Of a stretch of 64,000 nt of DNA, positions 9,598-19,502 are shown piece after piece. The stretch comes from an uncultured Candidatus Saccharibacteria bacterium (lineage in GTDB: Bacteria; Patescibacteriota; Minisyncoccia; UBA6257; 2-01-FULL-56-20). The notes beneath the pieces were generated by a model, which was given only the letters and a program-made list of their open reading frames with translations, did not search any database and was not told the origin of the DNA. The stretch covers positions 32,100-96,099 of the forward strand of contig CAYIAX010000001.1 in NCBI GenBank assembly GCA_964361595.1, given 5' to 3'. The first letter of the stretch is position 1. Each line of letters begins with the position of its first letter. The position numbers and the translations under genes are program-made.

Positions 9598-10588
9598 GAG
9601 CGAATTCCGCGAAGATGTCGTATCCGGCGATTGGATTATCGTCGCGCCGGAGCGGGCCAAACGCCCGCACGAATTTTTAAAAAAGCGGGTAAAGCGCGTG
9701 CCTGCGGATCGCGCGACTTGTCCTTTTGAAAATCTGGAAAAATCCGGGAATTGGCCGCCGATCTTAAGTTGGCCGAACGAGAAAACCTGGCGGAACGTAG
9801 TAGTTCCAAATAAGTATCCGGCGCTCAAACACGAAAAGCTGTGCGTGTTTTCGATTCCCAAGGGTCCCTATCATTATTTTGAAGGCGCCGGCCATCATGA
9901 TTTGCTTATTTCACGCGATCATAAAAAAACCTTGGCAGATCTAACGGTGACGGAGGGAACCGAACTCCTACAGCTCCTACAAAAAAGGTACTTGATGCTC
10001 GCGGGGGACAAATGCCTGCTTTACGCTTCGACTTTCTTCAATTGGGGCGAAAGTGTCGGCGCTTCTCTTTACCACCCGCACTATCAGATTTTAACTTTAC
10101 CGATTATCCCGCCCGATATTTTGCATTCTTTGACCGGATCGCAAAAATATTTTAAAACCCATCGCCGGTGCGTGCATTGCGACATGCTCGCCTTCGAACG
10201 CAGGGCAAAATCGCGCGTCGTAGCGGCCGTAAAGGGAGCCGTAGCCATCGCGCCTTATGTTTCGCGCCAGCCATTTGAAATAAGGATTTATCCCACTGCC
10301 CACACTCCCTTTTTCGAGAAAACTAGCGAAGCATCTTTGCGCGCGGTCGTTGCGGTTTTGAGGGCAACCCTGCGGAAAATGCGTTCCGGCCTCCGCGACC
10401 CGGATTTGAACTTTTTCATTCATACAGCGCCCTTAAAGCAGCAGGAAAAATATGGTTACTATCACTGGCATATCGAAGTTTTGCCCAAAATCACGATCCC
10501 GGGCGGCTTCGAGCTTTCGACTGGAATTGATATTAATGTCATTGATCCCGATCGCGCCGCTCGGCTCTTGCGAAAAGCTCAAAGCTAA
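9596..10588 (+). CDS. galT: galactose-1-phosphate uridylyltransferase family (HIT-like) protein
   Basis: 330 aa. HPHYQI (HxHxQ) nucleotidyl-transfer motif, Cys/His zinc motif (CPFE ... CVHC), duplicated half-barrel organisation. Confidence 0.6.
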   Translation: MSEFREDVVSGDWIIVAPERAKRPHEFLKKRVKRVPADRATCPFENLEKSGNWPPILSWPNEKTWRNVVVPNKYPALKHEKLCVFSIPKGPYHYFEGAGHHDLLISRDHKKTLADLTVTEGTELLQLLQKRYLMLAGDKCLLYASTFFNWGESVGASLYHPHYQILTLPIIPPDILHSLTGSQKYFKTHRRCVHCDMLAFERRAKSRVVAAVKGAVAIAPYVSRQPFEIRIYPTAHTPFFEKTSEASLRAVVAVLRATLRKMRSGLRDPDLNFFIHTAPLKQQEKYGYYHWHIEVLPKITIPGGFELSTGIDINVIDPDRAARLLRKAQS

Positions 10589-10605
10589 GGGTAGGCTTAA
10601 CGAAC

Positions 10606-10950
10606 ATGCTAAACCGAATTCTGCGTTTTAAGCTTGTCGCTGGTTTGGGGCTCGCCGCCATTCTCTTTGTGGCGGGCGGCTGGATCTGGGCCTATTTTAC
10701 CCTGCGGCGCATCGCCCAGCCTTTGATTTTGCACTGGAATGCTTTGATCGGCATTAATCTCGTGGGCGGTTTGAGCGATCTTACAGTCATCGGCATCTTC
10801 GGCTTGTCAATTACGCTCGTCAATTTTTTTATTGCCCTTACACTCGAAGAGCGCGACCGGTTTTTGGGCAAGCTCGTGGCCGGAGCCACATTTTTTTTCG
10901 GACTCTTGCTTTTTATCACGTTCGCAGCTATTATAGGCGTGAACAGTTAG
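10606..10950 (+). CDS. small integral membrane protein, hypothetical
   Basis: 114 aa with 3-4 predicted TM helices. Confidence 0.4.
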   Translation: MLNRILRFKLVAGLGLAAILFVAGGWIWAYFTLRRIAQPLILHWNALIGINLVGGLSDLTVIGIFGLSITLVNFFIALTLEERDRFLGKLVAGATFFFGLLLFITFAAIIGVNS

Positions 10951-11034
10951 CTTTTAGGTGTTAGCTTCCAGCTTTTAGTAGCTAAAACCTAAAACCTTGA
11001 AGCCCTGCCTGGCGGCAGGCAGGTAAAAGTTATT

Positions 11035-11343
11035 ATGAAATTTGCGGTCATCGAAACGGGAGGAAAACAATATCGCGTAGCGCCTGGGCAGAAAATCCGG
11101 GTGGAAAAGCTTGCCGGCGGCGCAGATTCCACCGTGGTTTTTAACCAGGTGCTTTTGCGCGCGGACGGTAACGATATATCCTTAGGCGCTCCTTACCTTG
11201 AGGGCGGCAAGGTGGAAGGAAAAATCATCCGCCAAGCCCGCGACCGCAAAAAAATCGTTTTCAAGTACCACTCGAAAACCCGTTACAAGAAAAAGAAGGG
11301 CCACCGCCAGCATTTTACGGAGGTGGAAATCACAAAACTTTAA
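11035..11343 (+). CDS. rplU: 50S ribosomal protein L21
   Basis: MKFAVIETGGKQYRVAPGQKIRVEKL ... and a basic C-terminal tail. The classical L21 signature. Confidence 0.9.
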   Translation: MKFAVIETGGKQYRVAPGQKIRVEKLAGGADSTVVFNQVLLRADGNDISLGAPYLEGGKVEGKIIRQARDRKKIVFKYHSKTRYKKKKGHRQHFTEVEITKL

Positions 11344-11370
11344 AGGTCATTCGTTTAAATTCGAATTGAC

Positions 11371-11652
11371 ATGGCCGGTGAACCTACGGAAGGAGCGATG
11401 AACGACGAGAAGGTTTTGGCGGCGCTCGAGGAGTTCCACGAAGCTCAGCGCAAATTGAAGGAAGCGGTGGCCGAATACAACGCGCGCGCCGAAGTCTTTG
11501 CGGCGGCGATGGGCGAAAGCATAGAGGAAAATCAGCGGCCGAAACTGCCGGAAGATCTGGAAATTAAGAACAGCGCTTTACGCGAGCGCTTGCGCGATTT
11601 GAAATCTACGCAGGGCGGGTACTCGAACCGCCACAGCGGCTCCGAACTTTAA
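11371..11652 (+). CDS. hypothetical coiled-coil protein (93 aa), occupying the position where rpmA usually follows rplU
   Basis: Charged helical sequence with no recognisable L27 motifs. Followed by a terminator. Confidence 0.4.
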   Translation: MAGEPTEGAMNDEKVLAALEEFHEAQRKLKEAVAEYNARAEVFAAAMGESIEENQRPKLPEDLEIKNSALRERLRDLKSTQGGYSNRHSGSEL

Positions 11653-11666
11653 AAACGAACTTAAAA

Positions 11667-11694
11667 ATCATCCCCGGCGCGGGATGATTTTTTC
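11667..11694 (+). terminator. intrinsic terminator
   Basis: ATCATCCCCGG / CGGGATGAT stem followed by TTTTTTC. Confidence 0.6.
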
Positions 11695-11721
11695 TTTGCT
11701 CGTGTTAGGATATATCTACTT

Positions 11722-12852
11722 ATGCACAAGCCGATTTTGCTTCTCTTTGGAGGAATTTCGTCAGAACACGAAGTTTCTGTTATTACGGGGTTGCAGGTTT
11801 TAGAGCATGTTGATTTGGCCAGCTATGAACCGCATGTCATTTACGTAGATAAAACCGGCCGGCCTTTTCATCTTCGAAAATTTACAAACCGAAAACAGTT
11901 TTTATCCGCGAGACGCGATGAGATTGCGTTCGGCAAAGACAAGAAGGGCGGTTTTGTTAAGTTAGGGGGATGGGGCGGCACTAAAATTTATCCTTATGCC
12001 GCCTACTTAGCTTTCCACGGGGGATCAGGAGAAGGGGGCGTCCTGCAGGGATTTCTAGAGGCCTTAGAAATACCTTTTACTTCGCCCGACCAAGAAGCTG
12101 CGGCAATTGCAATGAATAAAGAGCTGACGAAACTTGCGATGCGATCTGCGGACATCCAGGTTTTGCCGAGTTTAAGTTTTTACGCCAATGATGTCCGTAA
12201 GCACGTCGAGGAATTTTGCCGAAAGGCTGTCAAAGAATTGGGATTGCCTCTGGTTGTAAAACCGGTACATCTGGGCTCGAGCATTGGTATCCGAATTGCT
12301 AGCACTGATGTCGAGCTCGAAAAATTTATTCTGGAAGCAGCATTTATTGATAAAGAAATATTGGTTGAACCGTGTCTAGTATCTTTTGTTGAGTACAATT
12401 GCTCCGTGCGCCGTATCAATGGAAAGCTTGAAGCGAGCGAAATCGAAAAACCGATCTCTCGAGATGAGATTTTAAGTTTTGCGGACAAATATGAGCGGGG
12501 AGGAAAGAAATCCGGTGCAGGCATGGCTTCGTCGGCCCGCGAGCTGCCCGCCAAAATTGGCCAGGAGTTAAAGTTACTGATTCAGGATACCGCTAAGCAA
12601 GCTTTTGTGGCTTGTCGAGCGAAGGGGATGATCCGGATAGATTTTATGCATGCGAACGGTAAACTTTATCTCACGGAAATCAACCCGATTCCTGGCTCGA
12701 TGGCATTTTACCTTTGGGAAGCGAGCGGCATCCCATTCAAGCAGCAAATCACAGATTTGATCGAACAGGCTGTGATTGATGCCCAAAGTTCAGCCTCGTT
12801 TCGTCTGGAGTATAAATCCAATATCATCGAGCAGTTCCTTTCTTCAGATTAA
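11722..12852 (+). CDS. ddl: D-alanine--D-alanine ligase (ATP-grasp)
   Basis: 376 aa. N-terminal LLFGGISSEHEVSVITG. Central and C-terminal ATP-grasp segments (VKPVHLGSSIGI; MIRIDFM ... YLTEINPIPG). Confidence 0.72.
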   Translation: MHKPILLLFGGISSEHEVSVITGLQVLEHVDLASYEPHVIYVDKTGRPFHLRKFTNRKQFLSARRDEIAFGKDKKGGFVKLGGWGGTKIYPYAAYLAFHGGSGEGGVLQGFLEALEIPFTSPDQEAAAIAMNKELTKLAMRSADIQVLPSLSFYANDVRKHVEEFCRKAVKELGLPLVVKPVHLGSSIGIRIASTDVELEKFILEAAFIDKEILVEPCLVSFVEYNCSVRRINGKLEASEIEKPISRDEILSFADKYERGGKKSGAGMASSARELPAKIGQELKLLIQDTAKQAFVACRAKGMIRIDFMHANGKLYLTEINPIPGSMAFYLWEASGIPFKQQITDLIEQAVIDAQSSASFRLEYKSNIIEQFLSSD

Positions 12853-14210
12853 TAATAAAGATCTGTGAGTTCCGGTTCCAATAACAGCACCCATTCTTGC
12901 GGCGGAAATTTTTTCGGCGCGTTTTCAATAAACTCTGAAAGATTTCCGAACAAAGTATATTTCTGCCTGTTTTTTATACCTTGAATGAGATCCGAAGCGA
13001 ATTTACTTTTAAGGATTGCAGTCTGGTCAGCTTTCGTTCCGAGAATTTCTCCCAAGACAATATTTTTATCTGATTCTTCCGGACCTAATTCGGGAATTCC
13101 CGCCATCACAACCAAGAGTTTTTTGTTTTTTTCTCTGGCGAGCGAGCTGGCTGTATTAATTCCGGCTTGGGCGGTTGTGAAGCTGATGTTATAAGAATCA
13201 TCTATACACTCATAGCCGTAAACCAGGCTTATTTTTTGCCTACGCTCGGGCGGTTCCACCTTTTTCAGCGTATCAACGATGAATTTTTGGGGAATATTTA
13301 AAAACTCGGCAACGGTAGCCGCAAAAACTGCATTTGTGTAATTTGAATCAGAGAGTTGGGGTAAATCTGCGGGGCTAAGATAAGTTATTTTATCGCCTAC
13401 CGCGAACCACCGTTCAGGTGCTGGAATCGGGCCAACCAGGTTATACGTTTCCCGAGTGCTAAACAGCGCGGCGTTTGGTTTTGCATAAAGAAAGATTTCT
13501 TTGAGCGTTTTCGCTAGCTTTACCTTGCTGCGGAATCGTTCTAAATGTTGGTCGCCGACGTTCATAATAATCGCGATATCGGGCGGGGCAACTTTACAAC
13601 TTGCTTTAATTTCTCCTTCGTCATAAGCATCCATTTCTACGATTAACAGCTCGGTGGCCGGTTGGAGTGAGTTTTCTATCCAAGCTGCGATCCCCAGCGT
13701 GGTATTTACATTGCCGGGCAACATCTGGGTTCTAAAATTGTATCGAACTAGTTCATAAATGAAATTTTTGGTCGTAGTTTTGCCGAAACTTCCGGCGATA
13801 CCGATTATTTTTAGACTTTTTTGTTTAGCCACCTTGTTTTCGGCCCGGTTAACAGCTCGCACACGCACAATTTTGTGTACGGGCAAAACCAAGGTGTTGC
13901 CCGCTAGCACGAATAGAGGAATTAAGATAAGCCAAACGAATAAAAGAAGTACTTGTTCTCTGGTTTGCAGGTAGAACCAAATTCCCCTCAAAGAAATCAG
14001 CCATAGACCCACAGAAGCAACAAAAATTAATTTTGCGCGAGCTGTGTACTTTAGCCGGTCTCGGATTTGAATATTTCTGCGCCAAAAAAATTTGAGCAAC
14101 CATTTAAGGTAGCGCCGCGTATTGTATTCTTCCTGTTGAAGAATATAAAGAAAGTCGCTCCACGGCAGTATGAAGTTAAATACTCTCGATAAATTTTTTG
14201 ACAATTCCAT
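12849..14210 (-). CDS. murF: Mur ligase family protein, MurF-like (UDP-MurNAc-tripeptide--D-Ala-D-Ala ligase), with an unusual N-terminal membrane segment
   Basis: IGIAGSFGKTTTKN P-loop of Mur ligases. Central and C-terminal Mur ligase domains. Convergent with ddl. Confidence 0.6.
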   Translation of the reverse strand: MELSKNLSRVFNFILPWSDFLYILQQEEYNTRRYLKWLLKFFWRRNIQIRDRLKYTARAKLIFVASVGLWLISLRGIWFYLQTREQVLLLFVWLILIPLFVLAGNTLVLPVHKIVRVRAVNRAENKVAKQKSLKIIGIAGSFGKTTTKNFIYELVRYNFRTQMLPGNVNTTLGIAAWIENSLQPATELLIVEMDAYDEGEIKASCKVAPPDIAIIMNVGDQHLERFRSKVKLAKTLKEIFLYAKPNAALFSTRETYNLVGPIPAPERWFAVGDKITYLSPADLPQLSDSNYTNAVFAATVAEFLNIPQKFIVDTLKKVEPPERRQKISLVYGYECIDDSYNISFTTAQAGINTASSLAREKNKKLLVVMAGIPELGPEESDKNIVLGEILGTKADQTAILKSKFASDLIQGIKNRQKYTLFGNLSEFIENAPKKFPPQEWVLLLEPELTDLYY

Positions 14211-14838
14211 AAAAAAGGTCAGGTTTTTCTAAGTGCAGATTGTGGCCGGCGTTTTCTATGACTGTTAATTTACTGCTTTTGATTAAATGTTGCATTTCTT
14301 CCGCAATTCGCAAGGGGACTTCTTGATCGTGTTTTCCCCAAACGAGCAGTGTGGGAACAGCCACTTTTGGCAATATATCAGTTTCGTCGAAATTCACCAC
14401 CTTTCGGAAGATCTCGCCCATTTGCGCTTGCTCGGCGTGTTTAAGCTCGCTGCTTTTTATTGGACCGATGGGCGAAAAACCAATGCGTTTTAGAAGTTGT
14501 GCAGCTTTGATTTTTAATTTTATTTCTAGTGTAGGTCGATATAAGCAAGGGGCTCCATGCAAAATCAATCCCTTTAACCAAACAGGCTTTTTACTGGCTA
14601 AGTATCCGGCAACCCGCCCGCCAAATGAATGGCCAAGAAGTACAACATCGTTTTCCGCATGCGCTTTGATTTCAGTTTCGACCCAATCCGCATAGTCTGG
14701 AACCCCCCAAGTGCGAGCGGGGGCAGGTTGGCTGCCAAAGCCTGGAAGATCGAACACTTGAATTTTGGAAAATTTAGCCGCAAAGTTTTCCCAAAAGCTA
14801 GAATTCTGTCCCCAGCCGGGAAGCACAATCATTTTCAT
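14176..14838 (-). CDS. alpha/beta hydrolase fold protein
   Basis: 220 aa. GHSFGG nucleophile elbow. Predicted catalytic His near the C-terminus (NAGHNLHLE). Confidence 0.65.
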   Translation of the reverse strand: MKMIVLPGWGQNSSFWENFAAKFSKIQVFDLPGFGSQPAPARTWGVPDYADWVETEIKAHAENDVVLLGHSFGGRVAGYLASKKPVWLKGLILHGAPCLYRPTLEIKLKIKAAQLLKRIGFSPIGPIKSSELKHAEQAQMGEIFRKVVNFDETDILPKVAVPTLLVWGKHDQEVPLRIAEEMQHLIKSSKLTVIENAGHNLHLEKPDLFYGIVKKFIESI

Positions 14839-14845
14839 GAAACTG

Positions 14846-15127
14846 TTATTCTAATGTTCTCAAGAACTTGAGAATAGAATTTCCGGTACTTATCAACCGA
14901 TGGCGTACCGCAGCGCCCTCGGATCGTTTCATAACTAATTCGGCGGCTGCAAGCCGCCTTACGTGTTCAGATATTGTTTTGAAATTTACGTCTAGTGCAT
15001 TTGCTATATCGAAGACCGATAACTCCGGCGAACGGGAAAGCAGGTTTATGATTTCAATTCGCCTGTGGTTTGAAAAGCCCCTTACGATCCTTTCGAGCTT
15101 GTGATATGTACTGCGGTTGCCGTTCAC
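14846..15127 (-). CDS. ArsR/SmtB-family HTH transcriptional regulator
   Basis: 93-aa winged HTH (RIEIINLLSRSPELSVFDIANALDVNFKTISEHVRRL). A palindromic operator lies immediately upstream. Confidence 0.7.
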   Translation of the reverse strand: MNGNRSTYHKLERIVRGFSNHRRIEIINLLSRSPELSVFDIANALDVNFKTISEHVRRLAAAELVMKRSEGAAVRHRLISTGNSILKFLRTLE

Positions 15128-15155
15128 GACTTCAAGTTTAACATATTCAGATTCT

Positions 15156-15188
15156 TTATTCTAATGTTCTTGAGAACATTAGAATAAG
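15156..15188. promoter_or_regulatory. 15-3-15 perfect palindromic operator (TTATTCTAATGTTCT-TGA-AGAACATTAGAATAA) upstream of the ArsR-family gene
   Basis: Perfect inverted repeat about 30 nt upstream of the regulator start. The left arm is repeated (21 of 22 positions) at 14846-14867, across the arsR stop and the hydrolase start. Confidence 0.55.
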
Positions 15189-15230
15189 ACCGATGCAAAA
15201 ATAGTTAGCAAGCCTAAGCCGGTTAAAAAT

Positions 15231-16688
15231 CTACTTAAGGTGGAATCTTAATGCCCCGTTGGGGATGCTATTTTCATCTTTGGATAGTACATAATAAATA
15301 TTTTTCTCTTTTTGTTTTTCCGGACGGAAGGTGTCGGTGATGAACATTGTCGTCTGCGTCGGCATGGGCATACCACGCACATCCACGCCGCCGGCTTCGA
15401 CAATTACGTATTTTGGCACTGTTGCGGGAATGTTATTCAAGGTGCGGCCAAGCTCCACGTAATTTGCGGCGAAAGCTCCTGACGTGTCCGGATTGTTGGC
15501 CCAGAGGATGAAATACGCGCTCCAGGCTTCAAAAATGAAAAGCACGATGAAAACGACGCGGATGGCGGAAAGCCAATGCGAGCTTAAAAATTTAGCAATG
15601 AGATCATGAAGTTTAAGTCCGCCTACGGCGGCGAGAATAATCGCGGGCGGCAGCATGAGAATCGAGCGCAGGGCGTGGGGGATGCCTTCGTTCGAGATCA
15701 CGACCGGCAGCACGGCCAAGACGAGCCAGGCCGAGATAAGCAGATACGGAAAACTTTCGTTTCGATCGCCGGGTGTTTGCTTGCGGCGGAAAATCTTTTT
15801 GACGGCGATGATTATGCCCGTAAGGAAAAAGAGCGCCACCGGCCAGAAAAGCGCGGGCTGGCCAGCCAGATTGTGGCGGGGGTTATAGTCGCCGCTCACG
15901 AAAAACATGCCGACGGTTTTTGCGATATTTCTGCCGAGATCAAGAGCCGCGGAGGAGGAGCTGAAGACTGAAACCTGGGTGGTTCGGCCCATGAAATCGG
16001 CTGGATGTTTTAGATAGTAAATTCCCAAAGGCAATCCTGCGATAAAAGCGGCGATTAAGAAGAGCGCGAGCGATGCGTAGAAGCGTTTGGAGCGGCGCAA
16101 AAATAAGAATGGCAAAAGCAGGAGCGGCATAATCCGATAGGCGATATAGGTATGGAAACCCAGGCCGAAAAAAATTCCGCCGAGCAGGCTGGCCCAGACA
16201 AAATCTTTATCTTCGCGGGCGCGCCGCAGGGCTAAAAGCAGGAAGTAGAGCGCGAAGGCCAGGAAAAACGGCGCGGCAATCGCGCGAAAACCAATGCGAG
16301 AAAACAGCAGGTGCCAAAAGCTCGTGGCCATAAAAAAAGCGGCGAGGAGTCCCGCCCGCACCGTGAATAGTTCCTTCGTGAGTAAAAAAACGCCTAAAAC
16401 AGTGAGTGTGCCTACGATCGCAGAGGCCAAACGCAAGACCCAAGGCTCGTTTTTACCGATGAGCTTAAGAAGCAGCGCCTGAAAGTTTATAAACAAGCCC
16501 TCGCGGCCGTTGTTTTCCGGATAAAAAACCTTGTATTCGCCGGTAGTAATGGCTTCCGAAGCATTGTTGCCGTTCATCGCCTCGTCGGGATAAAGCCCTG
16601 GCGGCAGGGAGCTTAGTTGGTTAAAGCGAAGGAAAATTGCTATGATTAGAATGAAAAATATGACCCAAGCGGCGGAAAGTTTCGGCAT
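15231..16688 (-). CDS. GT39/GT83-family membrane glycosyltransferase (PMT/ArnT-like)
   Basis: 485-aa polytopic protein. N-terminal loop with the PPGLYPDEAMNGNNA motif (the DE of GT-C enzymes). Confidence 0.55.
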   Translation of the reverse strand: MPKLSAAWVIFFILIIAIFLRFNQLSSLPPGLYPDEAMNGNNASEAITTGEYKVFYPENNGREGLFINFQALLLKLIGKNEPWVLRLASAIVGTLTVLGVFLLTKELFTVRAGLLAAFFMATSFWHLLFSRIGFRAIAAPFFLAFALYFLLLALRRAREDKDFVWASLLGGIFFGLGFHTYIAYRIMPLLLLPFLFLRRSKRFYASLALFLIAAFIAGLPLGIYYLKHPADFMGRTTQVSVFSSSSAALDLGRNIAKTVGMFFVSGDYNPRHNLAGQPALFWPVALFFLTGIIIAVKKIFRRKQTPGDRNESFPYLLISAWLVLAVLPVVISNEGIPHALRSILMLPPAIILAAVGGLKLHDLIAKFLSSHWLSAIRVVFIVLFIFEAWSAYFILWANNPDTSGAFAANYVELGRTLNNIPATVPKYVIVEAGGVDVRGMPMPTQTTMFITDTFRPEKQKEKNIYYVLSKDENSIPNGALRFHLK

Positions 16689-16727
16689 ATTTTAAATTCT
16701 ACTATATACTGCTTATCACTTCTAATT

Positions 16728-17120
16728 ATGCCCGATCAATTTACACCACAATTTGAACACGAGGTTCTGGAGGCCGATATTAAGCGGCTTTCGGCGGAGA
16801 TCCGCAAGCACGAGGGTAAGCCGGAGGCGAAAGCGATGACCGGCCACGAGCTTGTAAAGCAGTCCCTGCAGTCGCTTACGGCTGCGCCGCCGCCGGAACC
16901 GGCTGCGCAATCCGCGGGGCCTTTGCCCGCCTATGCAAGCGATGCTCCGGCCGAAACCAAGCTCGAGGTGGAATATCTTTTAGACATTGCTTTCCACAAG
17001 GGCATTGCCAAAGCCGCCGCGGAAGCTAAAAAATCCAATCCGTTCGTTTTGGACGCATTCCACGATGCTTTAGCGGGCAAGCTTTACCCGGAACTCCAGA
17101 AGCGGGGAATTGTTAAATAG
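16728..17120 (+). CDS. hypothetical protein
   Basis: 130-aa ORF with an Ala/Pro-rich linker. Immediately upstream of the ATPase, which starts 3 nt after its stop. Confidence 0.4.
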   Translation: MPDQFTPQFEHEVLEADIKRLSAEIRKHEGKPEAKAMTGHELVKQSLQSLTAAPPPEPAAQSAGPLPAYASDAPAETKLEVEYLLDIAFHKGIAKAAAEAKKSNPFVLDAFHDALAGKLYPELQKRGIVK

Positions 17121-17122
17121 GT

Positions 17123-19498
17123 TTGATGTTTGCATATATTGCAATTGCAGCGTTGGCAGGCGCAGGGCTGGGTGCCGGACTTTTTGTTTGGTTTGTCGGC
17201 GCGCGCAGGCGCTCGCTCTTTCGGTCGCTGGAGCTCGCCTTATATCTCGTGCGCGTGCCCAAAGAGACGCCGCGCGAAGGCGAGAACCGCGATTTCAAAA
17301 CCGAGGTGAATAAAACGGAGCAGCTCCTGTCGTCGCTCTCCGCTTTGGGCAAGCCGTTCGTCTTGGAAATCGCCGTGCCGCATGTGGGCGAAGAAATTCA
17401 TTTCTATCTGGCCGTGCCGCGCAAATTGTCGGAAGTGGCGATTAAACAGGTGCAGGGCTTGTGGACGAATGCGAGCGTAACGCCGGCCTTGGACGATTAC
17501 AATATCTTCAATCCGCACGGCGCGACCGCCGCGGCCTACCTTACGCAAAAAGAAAATAGCGCTTTGCCGATCCGCACATATGCGGAAATCGGTTCGGACA
17601 CGTTCGCCTCGGTGGCCGGGGCGTTCGCCAAGGTGAATGAAATCGGCGAAGGTGCGGCTTTGCAGCTCTTGGTGCGTCCCGCGCCCAAAAAAATCAAGGA
17701 GCGCCTGCAGAATTATGTCGTGAACTTAAAGCGCGGCCGTACGCTTAAAGATGTGTTCGGCCACGAATTTCCGTTTAAGGCTTCCGAGTTGAGCGAAGTT
17801 TTCAATCCCAAGGATCCCAAGCATGAAAAAGAAGAAAAAGTGGTGGATGAGGATGCCGTGAAAGCGCTTGAGGCAAAAATCTCAAAACCGCTTTTTGAAA
17901 CGAATCTCCGGCTTGTCGCTTCCGCCGCGACGCCTTTCCAGGCGGGGGATATTTTAGAAGGTTTGGCGGCGGGTTTTAGCCAGTTCAGCGCGCCCTTACG
18001 GAACGGCTTCCGCATCGTAAAGCCCAAAAACCCCGAACGCGAAGTTTATGCCTTTAGCTTCCGGAGTTTCGATTCTAGCCACATGCTGCTGTTGAATACA
18101 GAAGAAATTGCAAGCTTTTACCACTTCCCGATTTCCTCCACGGAGACGCCTCGGATCAAATGGTTGAAATCCAAAGAAGCGCCGCCGCCAAGCAACCTGC
18201 CCAATTCCGGAATTCTGATCGGCTATGCGACTTTTCACGGCGACAAGCGGCCCGTTTATATCACCGATGAGGACCGCCGCCGGCATGTTTATGTAATCGG
18301 CCAGACCGGCACGGGCAAAACCACGCTTTTGGCCAACATGCTCATCGAAGACATTAAAAGCGGCAAAGGCGTGGCGATTATCGATCCGCACGGCGAGTTT
18401 GCCGAAAACGCCTTGGGCCACATTCCCAAGGAGCGGGCCGAAGATTTGGTTTATTTCGATCCCGCCGACACCGCGCGGCCCTTGGGACTAAACATGCTCG
18501 ACTATAATTTCGACCGGCCGGAAGAAAAAACTTTTATCGTGAACGAGATGCAGAGCATCTTCAACCGGCTCTTCACGGCCGAGACGATGGGGCCGATGTT
18601 CGAACAGTACATGCGGAACGCGCTCTTGCTGCTCATGGAAGACATGGTGAACGAGCCAGCCACCTTAATCGAGGTGCCGCGGATCTTTACCGACAGCGAA
18701 TTCCGCCGCCGCAAGTTGGAGCGCATCCGGAATCCCGTCGTGATTGATTTCTGGGAGAAGGAAGCCGTGAAGGCAGGCGGAGAAGCTTCTTTGGCCAACA
18801 TGACGCCTTACATCACTTCCAAATTCAATAATTTCATCTCGAACGACTACATGCGGCCGATCATCGGCCAGCCGAAATCGGCTTTCAATTTCCGCGACGT
18901 GATGGACTCGGGAAAAATTTTGATTATCAACTTGGCCAAAGGCCGGATCGGGGACATTAACGCGGGACTTTTGGGCATGATTATGACGGGCAAGCTCCTC
19001 ATGGCCGCCCTCTCGCGCGTGGACATTGCGGACACTTCGAAGCGGCGCGATTTTTATCTTTATATCGATGAGTTCCAGAACTTCACGACCGATTCGATCT
19101 CGACGATTCTCTCCGAAGCCCGCAAGTACCGTTTATCCCTGACTTTGGCTCACCAGTTTATCGCCCAGCTCGAAGAAAAGATCCGCGATTCGGTTTTCGG
19201 CAACGTCGGTTCGCAAATCGTGATGCGCGTGGGCGTGCAGGACGCGGAATTTTTGGTCAAACAATTCGCGCCAATCTTCAATGAGAACGATTTGATCAAT
19301 ATCGACAATTTGAATGCTTATGTAAAGATTTTGATCAACGGCGAAACTTCCAAGCCCTTTAACATCAAAGTTGATACCGCCTCGTGGGCGCCCGGCAACC
19401 GCGAGTTGGCGGAGAAACTCAAAGAATACTGCCGGCTGAAGTACGGCGCCGACCGCGCGACCGTGGAAGACGAAATTTACCAGCGTTTGCGGGTATAA
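17123..19498 (+). CDS. membrane-anchored P-loop ATPase of the VirB4/TraG-VirD4/HerA (AAA_10/DUF87) type
   Basis: 791 aa. N-terminal TM helix. Walker A GQTGTGKTT, IIDPHGEF, Walker B YLYIDEFQNF, LAHQF. This arrangement is typical of conjugative coupling and DNA-translocation ATPases. Confidence 0.5.
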   Translation: MMFAYIAIAALAGAGLGAGLFVWFVGARRRSLFRSLELALYLVRVPKETPREGENRDFKTEVNKTEQLLSSLSALGKPFVLEIAVPHVGEEIHFYLAVPRKLSEVAIKQVQGLWTNASVTPALDDYNIFNPHGATAAAYLTQKENSALPIRTYAEIGSDTFASVAGAFAKVNEIGEGAALQLLVRPAPKKIKERLQNYVVNLKRGRTLKDVFGHEFPFKASELSEVFNPKDPKHEKEEKVVDEDAVKALEAKISKPLFETNLRLVASAATPFQAGDILEGLAAGFSQFSAPLRNGFRIVKPKNPEREVYAFSFRSFDSSHMLLLNTEEIASFYHFPISSTETPRIKWLKSKEAPPPSNLPNSGILIGYATFHGDKRPVYITDEDRRRHVYVIGQTGTGKTTLLANMLIEDIKSGKGVAIIDPHGEFAENALGHIPKERAEDLVYFDPADTARPLGLNMLDYNFDRPEEKTFIVNEMQSIFNRLFTAETMGPMFEQYMRNALLLLMEDMVNEPATLIEVPRIFTDSEFRRRKLERIRNPVVIDFWEKEAVKAGGEASLANMTPYITSKFNNFISNDYMRPIIGQPKSAFNFRDVMDSGKILIINLAKGRIGDINAGLLGMIMTGKLLMAALSRVDIADTSKRRDFYLYIDEFQNFTTDSISTILSEARKYRLSLTLAHQFIAQLEEKIRDSVFGNVGSQIVMRVGVQDAEFLVKQFAPIFNENDLINIDNLNAYVKILINGETSKPFNIKVDTASWAPGNRELAEKLKEYCRLKYGADRATVEDEIYQRLRV

Positions 19499-19502
19499 GC
19501 AC

